Source: Synechococcus sp. (GTDB lineage Bacteria > Cyanobacteriota > Cyanobacteriia > Thermostichales > PCC-7336). From it: DNA of 30,719 bases. The stretch is taken from assembly GCA_051439605.1 (NCBI GenBank), contig JBFRWN010000095.1, positions 1 through 30,719 on the forward strand. The letters are read 5' to 3'. This document shows positions 8,843-20,122 of the stretch, piece by piece (the first letter of the stretch is position 1; every line of letters starts with the position of its first letter). Both the position numbers and the translations under genes were made by a program. The notes beneath the pieces are model-generated. The model had not been told where the DNA came from. It saw only the letters and a program-made list of their open reading frames with translations, and searched no databases.

Positions 8843-10345
8843 ATGCATATCCAAGCCCCCATCCTTCAGATACAGGTTGCAGATACCCCTTTAGCAACGT
8901 GGTCAGGAGACTGTTTGGTTCTAGGGTGTTTTCAAACCGAAGATGGAGCGGTTCTCCCGGCAGGAGCTGCCGAGCTTGACAGCGATGATTGGCGCGGAGC
9001 GATCGCCGATTTGATGGAAGAAATGAGCTTTAAGGGGGCCTTAGAAGCGACGGCAGCCACTCGAGTGGGGGCCGCCACCAAAAAAGTCGTCCTTGTGGGC
9101 TTGGGCAAAGACGAGGAACTGACCAAGGACAACCTCAGAAGAGCTACCGCCGCCAGTCTACGCATCGCTAATCGAATCAAAGCAAAGACCGTAGCAATAG
9201 CCTTTCCCGCGGGGGGACTCAGCAATCGAGATCGCCTCCAAGCCATGACGGAGAGCGCGTTATTGGTGGCCCACCGCGATATCCGTTTTAAGTCCTCATC
9301 CAACGAGAATGGTTCTAGATTTGGCGTTGAAACGCTGACATTCCTGGGTGTTGATGCTGACGAGGCAATTAGTCAGCAAGCGAGAGAAACCGCCTACGGC
9401 ACTATGCTGGCTCGCGAACTGGTGGCGGCCCCTGCCAATGTGGTTACTCCCATCGAGTTGGCTAATACCGCTCGTGAAATAGCAGATGAGTACGATCTCG
9501 AGCTTGAAGTGTTGGGTTGGACTGACTGCGAAGCCCTAGGAATGGGCGCATATCTCGGGGTTGCGCAAGCCTCCGACTTGCCCCCCCAATTTATTCATCT
9601 CACCTACAAGCCTGCCGGGACTCCCAAGCGCAAGCTGGCAATTGTAGGTAAAGGGCTGACGTTTGACTCCGGCGGGCTCAACATCAAAACGGGCATGGCC
9701 AGCATTGGCATGATGAAAACCGATATGGGGGGATCTGCAGCCACGCTGGGGGCTGCTCGGGCGATCGCTGCACTGAAGCCTGATACGGAGGTGCATTTCA
9801 TTGTGGCCGCTACCGAAAATATGATAAGTGGCCGGGCTCTCCACCCCGGGGACATCCTTACCGCCTCCAATAACAAAACCATCGAGATCAACAACACGGA
9901 CGCCGAAGGACGTCTGACGTTGGCGGATGCGCTTGTCTTTGCCGAGAAGTTAGAAGTGGATGCCATCGTAGATTTGGCTACTCTGACCGGGGCTATCATG
10001 ATTGCCTTGGGCAACCGCATCAGCGGCCTATTCACCCCCGATGAAACCCTTGCGGCAGAGCTCAAAGCAGCATCGGAACGGGCTGGCGAACAAATTTGGC
10101 AGATGCCCATGGAAGAAAGCTACGCCGACAGCCTCAAGTCTGTGGTGGCGGATATGAAGAATACCGGAGCTCGTAACGGCGGGTCCATCAGTGCGGCTCT
10201 GTTTTTGAAGCGGTTTGTAGAAAAAACTCCATGGGCTCACCTAGATATCGCCGGAACTGTCTGGACAGACAAGGACTTTTCCTACAACAACCAAGGGGGC
10301 ACTGGTTACGGTGTACGCACCTTAGTGGAGTGGGTGCTGGCGTAA
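8843..10345 (+). CDS. pepA: Leucyl aminopeptidase (M17)
   Basis: VGKGLTFDSGG, MKTDMGG, NTDAEGRL, WAHLDIAG. Confidence 0.97.
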   Translation: MHIQAPILQIQVADTPLATWSGDCLVLGCFQTEDGAVLPAGAAELDSDDWRGAIADLMEEMSFKGALEATAATRVGAATKKVVLVGLGKDEELTKDNLRRATAASLRIANRIKAKTVAIAFPAGGLSNRDRLQAMTESALLVAHRDIRFKSSSNENGSRFGVETLTFLGVDADEAISQQARETAYGTMLARELVAAPANVVTPIELANTAREIADEYDLELEVLGWTDCEALGMGAYLGVAQASDLPPQFIHLTYKPAGTPKRKLAIVGKGLTFDSGGLNIKTGMASIGMMKTDMGGSAATLGAARAIAALKPDTEVHFIVAATENMISGRALHPGDILTASNNKTIEINNTDAEGRLTLADALVFAEKLEVDAIVDLATLTGAIMIALGNRISGLFTPDETLAAELKAASERAGEQIWQMPMEESYADSLKSVVADMKNTGARNGGSISAALFLKRFVEKTPWAHLDIAGTVWTDKDFSYNNQGGTGYGVRTLVEWVLA

Positions 10346-10377
10346 CCGCTGAGTCATAACCGCCATTCTCAAACACT

Positions 10378-12081
10378 ATGGAACAGCTCCCCCACTCTCG
10401 GTGGCAAGCCCTCCGAGTCCCATTGGTATCCTTCTTGCGGCAGCTCGTGCCGAATAGTTGGACGGGAGTCGTAATGGCGATCGCCTTAGCCATCTCCATT
10501 CCCATTCTGGTGGTTCTAAGCAATATCTTTGTACCCACTGGCGAGGTTTGGGAACATCTCAGCCGGACGGTATTGCCCCGCTACGTGCGTAATTCCCTCT
10601 GGCTCATGCTGGGGGTGGGGGGAGGCACCGCCATTGTGGGGGTCGCTACCGCTTGGCTGGTGAGTCTGTGCAAATTTCCAGGTCGCGGGTGGTTTGAATG
10701 GGCGCTGCTGTTGCCCATTGCAGCCCCTGCCTACGTTCTGGCCTATACCTATACCGATTTATTGGATGTTGCCGGCCCCGTCCAAACCTGGATTCGGGAA
10801 ATAACTGGCTGGAGCGCCCGCGACTACTGGTTCCCTCCCATTCGCTCGCTGGGGGGGGCCATCTTGATGTTGGTATTGGTGCTGTATCCCTACGTTTACT
10901 TACCCACGCGAGTGGCGTTTTTAGAGCGTTCGCGATCGCTGCTGGAGGCTAGCCAAAGTTTAGGGTGCGGACCTTGGCGGACGTTTTGGACGGTGGCGTT
11001 GCCTTTAGCACGTCCGGCGATCGCAGGGGGATTAGCGTTAGTGCTGATGGAGACTTTGAATGACTTTGGCACTGTTGAATTCTTCGGTGTCGATACCTTT
11101 ACAACCGGGATTTTTCGGACCTGGCGTAGCTTAGGGGAACCGGTGGCGGCGGCGCAACTGGCGGCAATCCTCCTCATCTTTATCTTTGCGGTGTTGCTGT
11201 TGGAGCGCCTCTCTCGGGGAAGAGTGCGCTACTATCAAACCCCCTCCAGCCGCATTCAGCCCCCCTGCTACGAGCTATCGGGGTGGCGAGCTTGGTTAGC
11301 CTGTGCAGCCTGCGCGTTACCTACGTTCTGTGGCTTTGTGCTGCCAGGTGGGGCACTGGTGTGGTGGGCGATTGAAGAAGCCCATGCGGGGCTCGATCGA
11401 GGATTTTGGGGATACGTTCTCAATACAGTGTTGGCGGCAGGGGTGACCTCTTGCTTAGCTGTCACGATCGCTTTGGTGATGTCTTACGGAGTGCGACTCT
11501 ACGGCAAAAATCCCTGCATGAAGTTCTCAGCCCGCTTAGCCACTATGGGGTATGCCATCCCAGGTTCTGTGATTGCAGTGGGGGTCCTGATTCCCGCCGG
11601 AGCGATCGATAACGCCATCGATGACTGGGTGGAATCTACGTTTGGGATTTCAACGGGGCTGCTGCTAAGTGGGACGGTGGCCATCTTGATTTACGCCTAC
11701 ATCGTCAGGTTCTTAGCCGTTTCTAGCAACACAGTTGAGTCAAGTCTGGTGCGCATCCGTCCCGAACTGGATGATGCCGCCCGCAGTTTGGGATACGGCC
11801 CGTTAGCCACTCTGCGAAAAGTCCACGCACCGTTGCTTACTAGTGGGCTGCTGAGTGCGGCCATGTTGGTGTTTGTGGATGTGGTCAAGGAACTCCCCGC
11901 CACATTGGTCCTGAGACCGTTTAATTTCGAGACAATGGCCGCCAGAGTTTATCGACTCGCCTCTGACGAGCGCTTAACCGAGTCGGCTCCAGGCTCTTTG
12001 GCGATCGTATTAGTAGGAATGATTCCGGCAATTTTGCTGGTGCTGACGGTGATGAGATCGCGTCACGAAGCGGATCGCTAG
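10378..12081 (+). CDS. futB: Fe(III) ABC transporter permease (FutB/FbpB type)
   Basis: Two EAA loops (EASQSLG, DAARSLG), LYPYVYL, METLNDFGTV, KELPATLVLRPFNFET; many TM helices. Confidence 0.9.
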   Translation: MEQLPHSRWQALRVPLVSFLRQLVPNSWTGVVMAIALAISIPILVVLSNIFVPTGEVWEHLSRTVLPRYVRNSLWLMLGVGGGTAIVGVATAWLVSLCKFPGRGWFEWALLLPIAAPAYVLAYTYTDLLDVAGPVQTWIREITGWSARDYWFPPIRSLGGAILMLVLVLYPYVYLPTRVAFLERSRSLLEASQSLGCGPWRTFWTVALPLARPAIAGGLALVLMETLNDFGTVEFFGVDTFTTGIFRTWRSLGEPVAAAQLAAILLIFIFAVLLLERLSRGRVRYYQTPSSRIQPPCYELSGWRAWLACAACALPTFCGFVLPGGALVWWAIEEAHAGLDRGFWGYVLNTVLAAGVTSCLAVTIALVMSYGVRLYGKNPCMKFSARLATMGYAIPGSVIAVGVLIPAGAIDNAIDDWVESTFGISTGLLLSGTVAILIYAYIVRFLAVSSNTVESSLVRIRPELDDAARSLGYGPLATLRKVHAPLLTSGLLSAAMLVFVDVVKELPATLVLRPFNFETMAARVYRLASDERLTESAPGSLAIVLVGMIPAILLVLTVMRSRHEADR

Positions 12082-12365
12082 CGGAGTAGCAACCACAGCA
12101 GAACGATCGAAGAGAGCAAGGCGATAACGCTGCACCGAACGACGAGAGGGATTTCAACCGTTTTTGTCTCAGGCAATTTGACATCCTCAACTTTCGGAAG
12201 GGCTACTGAGGATTCCGGTTCGGATTGAATCTCAACGTCAGGTTCTGGAACTCGATTGGGCTCTGGAGTGAGTTCGGATTCAGGGTGTGTAGACATATCG
12301 GGTTTGGGAAATGCAGGTTCAGTTTCAGGTAAGCCTTGAACCGTAATCGACTGGTCAAAGCTCAA
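12078..12365 (-). CDS. Hypothetical Pro/Glu-rich protein with C-terminal membrane anchor
   Basis: 95-aa ORF, PE-rich low-complexity region then a hydrophobic C-terminal helix; TTG start. Confidence 0.5.
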   Translation of the reverse strand: MSFDQSITVQGLPETEPAFPKPDMSTHPESELTPEPNRVPEPDVEIQSEPESSVALPKVEDVKLPETKTVEIPLVVRCSVIALLSSIVLLWLLLR

Positions 12366-12483
12366 ACTAGGGTGCCATTGTTCGTGGCGGTATCTAGACA
12401 GCTCTATCCTGGCATCGTCTGCAGAAAATTGATTGTGAGAGATCGTGGCGCTTAAGGCTGTAATCGTGTCTGAGAGAGTGCCG

Positions 12484-12521
12484 AAATAAAGTGGCGATCG
12501 GGCAAGGCGATCGTCACTTTT
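12484..12521 (-). terminator. Likely intrinsic terminator of ndk (possibly bidirectional)
   Basis: Stem AAAGTGGCGATCG / CGATCGTCACTTT around loop GGCAAGG, with A/T runs on both sides. Confidence 0.6.
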
Positions 12522-12618
12522 CTACTAATGTTCGTGGTTACCAATATAGGAGGCTGCTATATACCTGGCATTCAAATCAGAGAAGCCATCTGAAAGTTAC
12601 AGATAATTCGACAATGAA

Positions 12619-13068
12619 TTACTCGTAAATCCAAGTGGAAAGGGTAGAAGACCAACTGGTCAGTTCCTCTGGCTTGAACCATAGAGCAATTTCGCGCTCG
12701 GCAGTTTCGGGAGCATCGGAACCGTGAATGATGTTACGGCCAATATCAATGCCATAATCTCCGCGAATGGTGCCAGGAGCAGAGTCCAGAGGATTCGTTT
12801 GACCGACTAACATGCGGGAAGAAGCGACAACTCCTTTGCCTTCCCAAACCATGGCGACAACGGGACCGGAGGTGATGAAATCAACCAGACCCCCGAAGAA
12901 AGGACGTTCCTTGTGCTCGCCGTAGTGTTCTTCCGCTAGCTCGCGGCTGACTGCCATCATCTTGATGCCTACCAGCTGAAATCCTTTTGATTCAAGCCGC
13001 TGAATAATCGTGCCTACCAAATTACGCTGTACGCCATCGGGCTTGATCATCAAAAAAGTACGTTCCAC
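12619..13068 (-). CDS. ndk: Nucleoside diphosphate kinase
   Basis: [30 protein letters not shown]. Confidence 0.98.
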   Translation of the reverse strand: MERTFLMIKPDGVQRNLVGTIIQRLESKGFQLVGIKMMAVSRELAEEHYGEHKERPFFGGLVDFITSGPVVAMVWEGKGVVASSRMLVGQTNPLDSAPGTIRGDYGIDIGRNIIHGSDAPETAEREIALWFKPEELTSWSSTLSTWIYE

Positions 13069-13201
13069 AGCTGTCCAGTTCCTGAAAAAAACCGTTACAA
13101 ATTTACCACGCGATTGTGATGTCCTCTGTCACACCTCTGCTCTGGGGATCGCCAGCAATTTTTGACGATCGACCCTTTTGGTCATACGATTCTAATTACG
13201 G

Positions 13202-13326
13202 CTTTATCCAGAGCAGCTGAGGGACTGGCCCGATGACGCTGCGGCAACCCGATAGATGTCTGCTTTCTAAGAGATGTCTGTTCCGGTGCCAACTCCTGCG
13301 GTTGAACGGAAGACCGACAGATAAAG
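13202..13326 (+). ncRNA. SAM-I (S-box) riboswitch aptamer
   Basis: P1 CTTTATC/GATAAAG; CAGAG; P2 with kink-turn GCAGC-TGAGGGA-CTGGCCC-GATGAC-GCTGC; GGCAACC; GGTGCCAACTCC; directly upstream of metK. Confidence 0.92.
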
Positions 13327-13498
13327 TGCAATTCTTACTTGCCCTTCTGATACCACTCCGTTCAAATACCTGTTGCTGAACTAGTCCTGTGTCTACTTCT
13401 CGACACATCTAGGTACAGCATGACATCTAGGATAGATGTCTGGAGTTCACCTTTGCGGATCGCCTCTGAGAAGCTTTTATTTTCAGGAGATTTCCACA

Positions 13499-14746
13499 GT
13501 GACCAGGCGATATTTGTTTTCATCCGAATCGGTAACCGAAGGACATCCCGACAAGATCTGCGATCAAATTTCGGATACTATTCTCGATGCCCTGTTGACC
13601 GCCGATCCCGCTAGCCGCGTTGCTGCAGAGGTGGTGGTCAATACCGGACTGGTGTTGGTCACTGGAGAAATCTCTACTCAGGCGAACGTTAACTACACCC
13701 AGCTGGTGCGGGAGAAAATTTCAGAGATTGGGTACACCGATTCCAATAACGGCTTTGCTGCCAACAGTTGCTCCGTTCTGATTGCCTTGGACGAGCAGTC
13801 CCCCGATATTGCCCAAGGGGTAGATGTGGCTCTAGAAAATCGTATCGGTGGAGAGGATACCTTCGACTCAATTGGGGCCGGTGACCAAGGGTTGATGTTT
13901 GGGTTTGCCTGCAACGAAACCCCCGAACTGATGCCGTTACCTATCAGCGTTGCCCACCGTCTAACCCGAAAGTTAGCAGAGGTGCGCAAAAACGGCACGC
14001 TGCCTTACTTGGGGCCGGATGGTAAAGCTCAGGTGACGGTGGTATACGAAGACGGCCAGCCGGTTGGAATCGATACCATTTTGATTTCCACCCAGCATAC
14101 AGAAACCATTGACGACCTCACCAAGAATGAAGATGTGCAGGCTCGCATCCGCCAAGATTTGATCGAGTACACCATCACCCCAGCCTTTGCGGAGTTGGCT
14201 ATTCAGCCGAGCGAGTCCACCCGCATTCTGGTGAACCCTACGGGCAAGTTTGTGATTGGCGGACCTCAAGGAGATTCCGGTCTTACCGGACGCAAGATTA
14301 TTGTGGATACCTACGGGGGCTACTCTCGCCACGGAGGGGGAGCTTTCTCCGGGAAAGATCCCACTAAAGTAGACCGCAGCGCCGCCTACGCCAGCCGCTA
14401 TGTGGCTAAAAATATTGTGGCAGCCGGTTTGGCTGACAAGTGCGAAGTACAGGTGAGTTACGCCATTGGAGTGGCGCGGCCGGTCAGTATATTCGTGGAG
14501 ACGTTTGGAACTGGCAAGATCTCGGATGTAGAGCTGCTGCAGCTGGTGTCTGAGCATTTCGATCTACGTCCAGCAGCGATCGCAGCCCACTTTAACTTAC
14601 GCAAACTGCCTCAAGAAAGAGGGGGCCGTTTTTATCAAAACGTTGCCTCCTACGGTCACTTTGGCCAAACTCATCTCGATTTACCTTGGGAGGCAACGGA
14701 CAAAGTTGGGGCGTTAAAGGAAGCGGCGTTAGCTGCAATCGTCTAA
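13499..14746 (+). CDS. metK: S-adenosylmethionine synthetase
   Basis: [31 protein letters not shown] 13499 preceded by AGGAGA. Confidence 0.98.
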   Translation: MTRRYLFSSESVTEGHPDKICDQISDTILDALLTADPASRVAAEVVVNTGLVLVTGEISTQANVNYTQLVREKISEIGYTDSNNGFAANSCSVLIALDEQSPDIAQGVDVALENRIGGEDTFDSIGAGDQGLMFGFACNETPELMPLPISVAHRLTRKLAEVRKNGTLPYLGPDGKAQVTVVYEDGQPVGIDTILISTQHTETIDDLTKNEDVQARIRQDLIEYTITPAFAELAIQPSESTRILVNPTGKFVIGGPQGDSGLTGRKIIVDTYGGYSRHGGGAFSGKDPTKVDRSAAYASRYVAKNIVAAGLADKCEVQVSYAIGVARPVSIFVETFGTGKISDVELLQLVSEHFDLRPAAIAAHFNLRKLPQERGGRFYQNVASYGHFGQTHLDLPWEATDKVGALKEAALAAIV

Positions 14747-14769
14747 GCTTGTTCCGGAATAAAGCGATG

Positions 14770-14804
14770 TGTCTAGTCGCTTCTCGCTAACGACTAGGCA
14801 TTTT
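14770..14804 (+). terminator. Likely intrinsic terminator of metK
   Basis: Stem TGTCTAGTCG / CGACTAGGCA followed by TTTT. Confidence 0.55.
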
Positions 14805-14838
14805 GCTCCCGGAGAACATGCGGGGTGGTCTTTACAAA

Positions 14839-15103
14839 CTACCTATCGGCATACCTTTGCTCTAAAATCAGCCGTACTTCCTCCTCGGTACGGGCTGTAA
14901 AGCGATCGCCCGTTGTAGGGTCATAGATACGCCAGAATCGAACGCCATAAGCATCTTTTTTTCTGCCAGACTTTGGGCTCCCTTCCCCCAGAGCATTCGA
15001 CGACAATTTGCCATAATCGGGGTATCCGGCGGCTCGGCTGAGCTATTCGATAGCCCCCGATCGGATTGAACCTGCGGTGAAGGTGGTGGGGGAGATTTTG
15101 CAC
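14839..15103 (-). pseudogene. Small cyanobacterial hypothetical gene split by a frameshift in an A7 tract
   Basis: First frame ...EPKVWQKK; dropping one A continues DAYGVRFWRIYDPTTGDRFTARTEEEVRLILEQRYADR*, a motif typical of a small cyanobacterial family (W..YDP.TG...E.EVR..LEQRY). Confidence 0.65.
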
Positions 15104-15248
15104 GAACTACTGGGGTTGAAGCAGGCGGCCTGAAGATGGCTGGCTGCTGATTTGAATATTATGGGGATTAAGGAATAACGTTGGGAGTTTCCAAGGGAAG
15201 CGCCTACTCCTGCGACTAAGGGACGAAAAGCTTCCCTATAAACAGGAA

Positions 15249-16025
15249 TCACAGGGCATTGATCGCTCCACCGGTCCCCTGGAAGAACACCAATGATAGG
15301 AGAAAATTGGCCACAAAAATACAGAGCAGAGAGGTTACGACAGCTGCGGTGGTGGATTTACCCACCCCCTTTGCTCCGCCTGTCGTAGTCAAACCCCATC
15401 CACAGCCAATAATGGCAATGGCAATGCCAAATACAACCGCTTTTATACAGCAGACAATAATGTCGGAACCGGCTAAAAAATTGCGGGCAGAATTCATAAA
15501 CAGGCTGCTGGTCAGGCCGTAACGGGTGATACAGATTGCCCAGCCGCCGAAAATGCCCAGAATTAAGGCCAAAACCGTTAGAATTGGCACCATCAAGGCA
15601 CAAGCAATGACGCGAGGCACGACTAAATATTCCACTGGATTCGTGCGCAGTACTTTCAGAGCATCGATCTGTTCGGTGACCTCCATCGTTCCCAATTCTG
15701 CTGCAAACGCTGACCCTACGCGACCCGCTACTACCACCGCCGTCAAAATTGGGGTCATCTCTCTCGCCAATGCCAGAGCCAACACTCCACCAATGGCCGA
15801 AGCCGCACCAAAATTGATGAACTCGCGCGCCACCTGAATGGTGAAGACTCCGCTAATGACCACTGCCGTAATCATCACTACCCCTACAGACTCCGTTCCC
15901 ACCGCTGACATCTGCTCAATAGTGTTACGGCGGTAATAACGACCATTGAGTAAATGCAGTACCACCTGACCGGCTAATAAAATGCTGCTGAACAGTCGAG
16001 AAAACCACATGAGGTCGTTATCCAA
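15249..16025 (-). CDS. mlaE: MlaE/Ycf63 (TGD1-like) lipid ABC transporter permease
   Basis: REMTPILTAVVVAGRVGSAFAAELGTMEVTEQIDAL and GGAKGVGKSTTAAVV. Confidence 0.93.
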   Translation of the reverse strand: MDNDLMWFSRLFSSILLAGQVVLHLLNGRYYRRNTIEQMSAVGTESVGVVMITAVVISGVFTIQVAREFINFGAASAIGGVLALALAREMTPILTAVVVAGRVGSAFAAELGTMEVTEQIDALKVLRTNPVEYLVVPRVIACALMVPILTVLALILGIFGGWAICITRYGLTSSLFMNSARNFLAGSDIIVCCIKAVVFGIAIAIIGCGWGLTTTGGAKGVGKSTTAAVVTSLLCIFVANFLLSLVFFQGTGGAINAL

Positions 16026-16141
16026 ACGCGTTGGGGAATGGCCCAGCCACCTGTTCTCTATCGATAGCGCCTAAATAGAACGCTCCAAATAGACGTGGCA
16101 AGATGGGGCTGATACTACTGAGTGAGTCTATTCGAAATCTC

Positions 16142-17434
16142 GTGACGAAACTGGGCTATATTTATCGGCCAGCCATCATGCCCCCTAGCAAACGAGATCG
16201 GGATCGGTTGCGGGGGGCCGGGGCAGATGAGGTACTAGTGGACTTGAGCGATCGGCAAGAATATCTCCGTTTAGTTCAGCGGGTGGGGGCAGCGGATCAC
16301 CAAAGCTCTTTGCAGACGCTGCTGCTGTTAACGCTGGCGGATTTGGGGGACACGGTACCGAAGGTGGAGCAGCAGCTCAACTTCTGGCTGCAGCACGAGG
16401 TTACGATCGAGGTGGTGTCCGAGGAGTGTCCGCTGCTCTTGCAGGAACTGGATGCCGTTGCACCTGTATTAACTCGCCTCGCTCAAGACCTCAAAGGCAG
16501 GCACATTGCCGAGGGGCATGCCCACAATCGCCTCAATCGCAAACCGCCCCCCGGCCCAGCTCCCTTTGGTTATCGCCGCGTGCACAACACCTACGTGCTA
16601 GAGGAGCAGCAGGCAACTGTGGTGCGAGCATTTTTCGATCGCTTCCTGCTCTATGGCTCTATTCGCGGATCGGTGAAGTACGTCCAGGAGGAACGGGGGG
16701 AAACCATCTCTGTGACTACTGCACGCCGCTGGCTGACTTCTCCTGTCTATCGCGGAGATCTGCAATTTAAGGATGGAGTCACCCTGCGGGATACCCATCC
16801 GCCGCTGTTGAGCCGCGAGGAAGCGGCCCAAATCGATCGCTGGGCCCGCCGCAATAGCCCCATCTCCAGTCGATCGACCAGTGCCCCTCGTGCTCTGGCC
16901 GGCCTAGTGCACTGTCAAACTTGCGATCGCCCCCTGCGTATCGTGCAGGCGACCCGTAAAAATAGCCAGAGAATCTATCGTTACCTGCGCTGTCCCAGCT
17001 GCAAATACAGCGTCAAATATAATGATGTACTGCAAAATACCATTCAGGCAGTGTGCCAACAACTCCCTGCCAAAGCCGCTAACCTCAATTCCGTTCCGCT
17101 CGACAGTATTAAGAGTCGTATCGAATTACAAATCGAACATAACAAAGGGAAGATATCGGATCTTTCCATTAAGGATTTATCCAACGAAGCAGACTCATCA
17201 GGCAATACCGATCGCCAATATCAGCGCTATCAACTGGAAGGAGAAAATTCCAAGCTCAACCAAAAACGGGATCAACTCCCCCCCGCAGACCTAGCGGCAA
17301 TCGCCCAAACCGTCTCCATCGAACCCTTCTGGCAATCGTTGAGCGAGTCAGAACAGCGATCCTATTTACGGGAATTTATTCGCAAAATCACTGTCAACTC
17401 CCACTGTGAGGTAAAGCTCGAGTTTTTCTTTTGA
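16142..17434 (+). CDS. Large serine recombinase-family protein with degenerate catalytic domain
   Basis: Recombinase domain (GPAPFGY, LTSPVYRG, THPPLLS), Zn ribbon (ALAGLVHCQTC...YLRCPSC), coiled coil, C-terminal LREFIRKITV; no YxRxS or DRLxR. GTG 16142 likely start. Confidence 0.85.
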   Translation: MTKLGYIYRPAIMPPSKRDRDRLRGAGADEVLVDLSDRQEYLRLVQRVGAADHQSSLQTLLLLTLADLGDTVPKVEQQLNFWLQHEVTIEVVSEECPLLLQELDAVAPVLTRLAQDLKGRHIAEGHAHNRLNRKPPPGPAPFGYRRVHNTYVLEEQQATVVRAFFDRFLLYGSIRGSVKYVQEERGETISVTTARRWLTSPVYRGDLQFKDGVTLRDTHPPLLSREEAAQIDRWARRNSPISSRSTSAPRALAGLVHCQTCDRPLRIVQATRKNSQRIYRYLRCPSCKYSVKYNDVLQNTIQAVCQQLPAKAANLNSVPLDSIKSRIELQIEHNKGKISDLSIKDLSNEADSSGNTDRQYQRYQLEGENSKLNQKRDQLPPADLAAIAQTVSIEPFWQSLSESEQRSYLREFIRKITVNSHCEVKLEFFF

Positions 17435-17537
17435 ACTCTATTTCCATTTGTGAACTGCAATATTGACTTTCTTTGTCAGGTTTAACCCTCTACGATTCGA
17501 AATGCGATCGCCTTTGTGGTGATTCATGCGAGGGAAC

Positions 17538-17655
17538 TTGCCGCGCCTAGCCCGCTCTTCGCCTCCTCTAGTCCGAATATCTTTCAGGCGAAGAGTTCAT
17601 CCTCTCTGACTAGAGGATCGATGGGATGAACGGGAAGTAGACAGGGCGATCGCAA
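17538..17655 (+). ncRNA. Putative structured cis-RNA (three-way junction with kissing loops) in the chlL leader
   Basis: Complementary segments 17551-54/17631-34, 17555-64/17586-95, 17596-603/17623-30 and loop-loop 17565-73/17608-16. Confidence 0.5.
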
Positions 17656-17682
17656 CTATAAACTTCTGCGGGAGATGAAGCT

Positions 17683-18522
17683 GTGAAATTAGCGGTATAC
17701 GGCAAGGGTGGCATTGGAAAGTCCACCACCAGCTGCAACATTTCAGCCGCACTGGCAAAGCGAGGCAAAAAGGTCTTACAAATTGGCTGCGATCCCAAAC
17801 ATGACAGTACCTTCACCCTGACGGGATTCTTAATTCCCACCATCATCGACACTCTCGAAGAGAAGGATTACCACTACGAGGATGTTTGGGCGGAAGACGT
17901 CATCTACGAAGGCTATGGCGGCGTCCACTGCGTAGAAGCGGGTGGTCCTCCTGCGGGGGCTGGTTGTGGTGGCTACGTCGTTGGGGAAACCGTCAAGCTG
18001 CTCAAAGAACTGAATGCTTTTGATGAATATGACGTCATCCTGTTTGATGTGCTCGGAGACGTGGTTTGCGGGGGGTTTGCGGCCCCACTCAACTACGCAG
18101 ATTACTGCATGATTGTCACGGATAACGGGTTTGATGCACTGTTTGCAGCCAACCGAATTGCCGCTTCCGTGCGAGAAAAAGCCCGCACCCACTCCCTACG
18201 CCTGGCCGGTTTGATTGGCAACCGCACCTCCAAACGGGACTTAATCGACACTTACATTGCCGAAGTGCCCATGCCGGTGTTGGAAGTGTTGCCCTTGATC
18301 GAAGACATTCGCGTGTCCCGCGTGAAGGGTAAAACCATTTTCGAGCTGGCCGAGAGCGATCCCAGCTTGGAAGCGGTGTGTCAGTTCTACCTCAACATTG
18401 CCGATCACCTGCTGGCCCAACCGGAGGGGATCGTCCCCACAGAAGCTGCCGATCGCGATCTGTTCACCCTCCTCTCCGATTCCTACAACACCGTCCCCAC
18501 TGGAGCCCCCGCTTTGGTATAG
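17683..18522 (+). CDS. chlL: Light-independent protochlorophyllide reductase Fe-S ATP-binding subunit
   Basis: [50 protein letters not shown]. Confidence 0.98.
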   Translation: MKLAVYGKGGIGKSTTSCNISAALAKRGKKVLQIGCDPKHDSTFTLTGFLIPTIIDTLEEKDYHYEDVWAEDVIYEGYGGVHCVEAGGPPAGAGCGGYVVGETVKLLKELNAFDEYDVILFDVLGDVVCGGFAAPLNYADYCMIVTDNGFDALFAANRIAASVREKARTHSLRLAGLIGNRTSKRDLIDTYIAEVPMPVLEVLPLIEDIRVSRVKGKTIFELAESDPSLEAVCQFYLNIADHLLAQPEGIVPTEAADRDLFTLLSDSYNTVPTGAPALV

Positions 18523-18680
18523 CTCTGTTTCCTGGTAATGACCGAAGGGGGGAAGCAAAAGGCGATAGTCAAGTTGTTGGGGCCAGCTCGGCTCCAGAAA
18601 CCTGACTGGGAATCTTTCTATCTGTCCGAACTGAGAGGGCAAGAGCTATACCCCTCTCCTCTTTTCCTCCAAAGAGATAA

Positions 18681-20108
<1,428 letters not shown>

Positions 20109-20122
20109 CGGGTCTCGACCTT

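Noticed and set aside
13115..13133. CRP-like site TGTGA...TCACA between ndk and metK
   Set aside because: Spacer is 9 nt rather than 6.
13436..13498. Longer metK start at ATG 13436
   Set aside because: The SD AGGAGA and the conserved N-terminus support GTG 13499.
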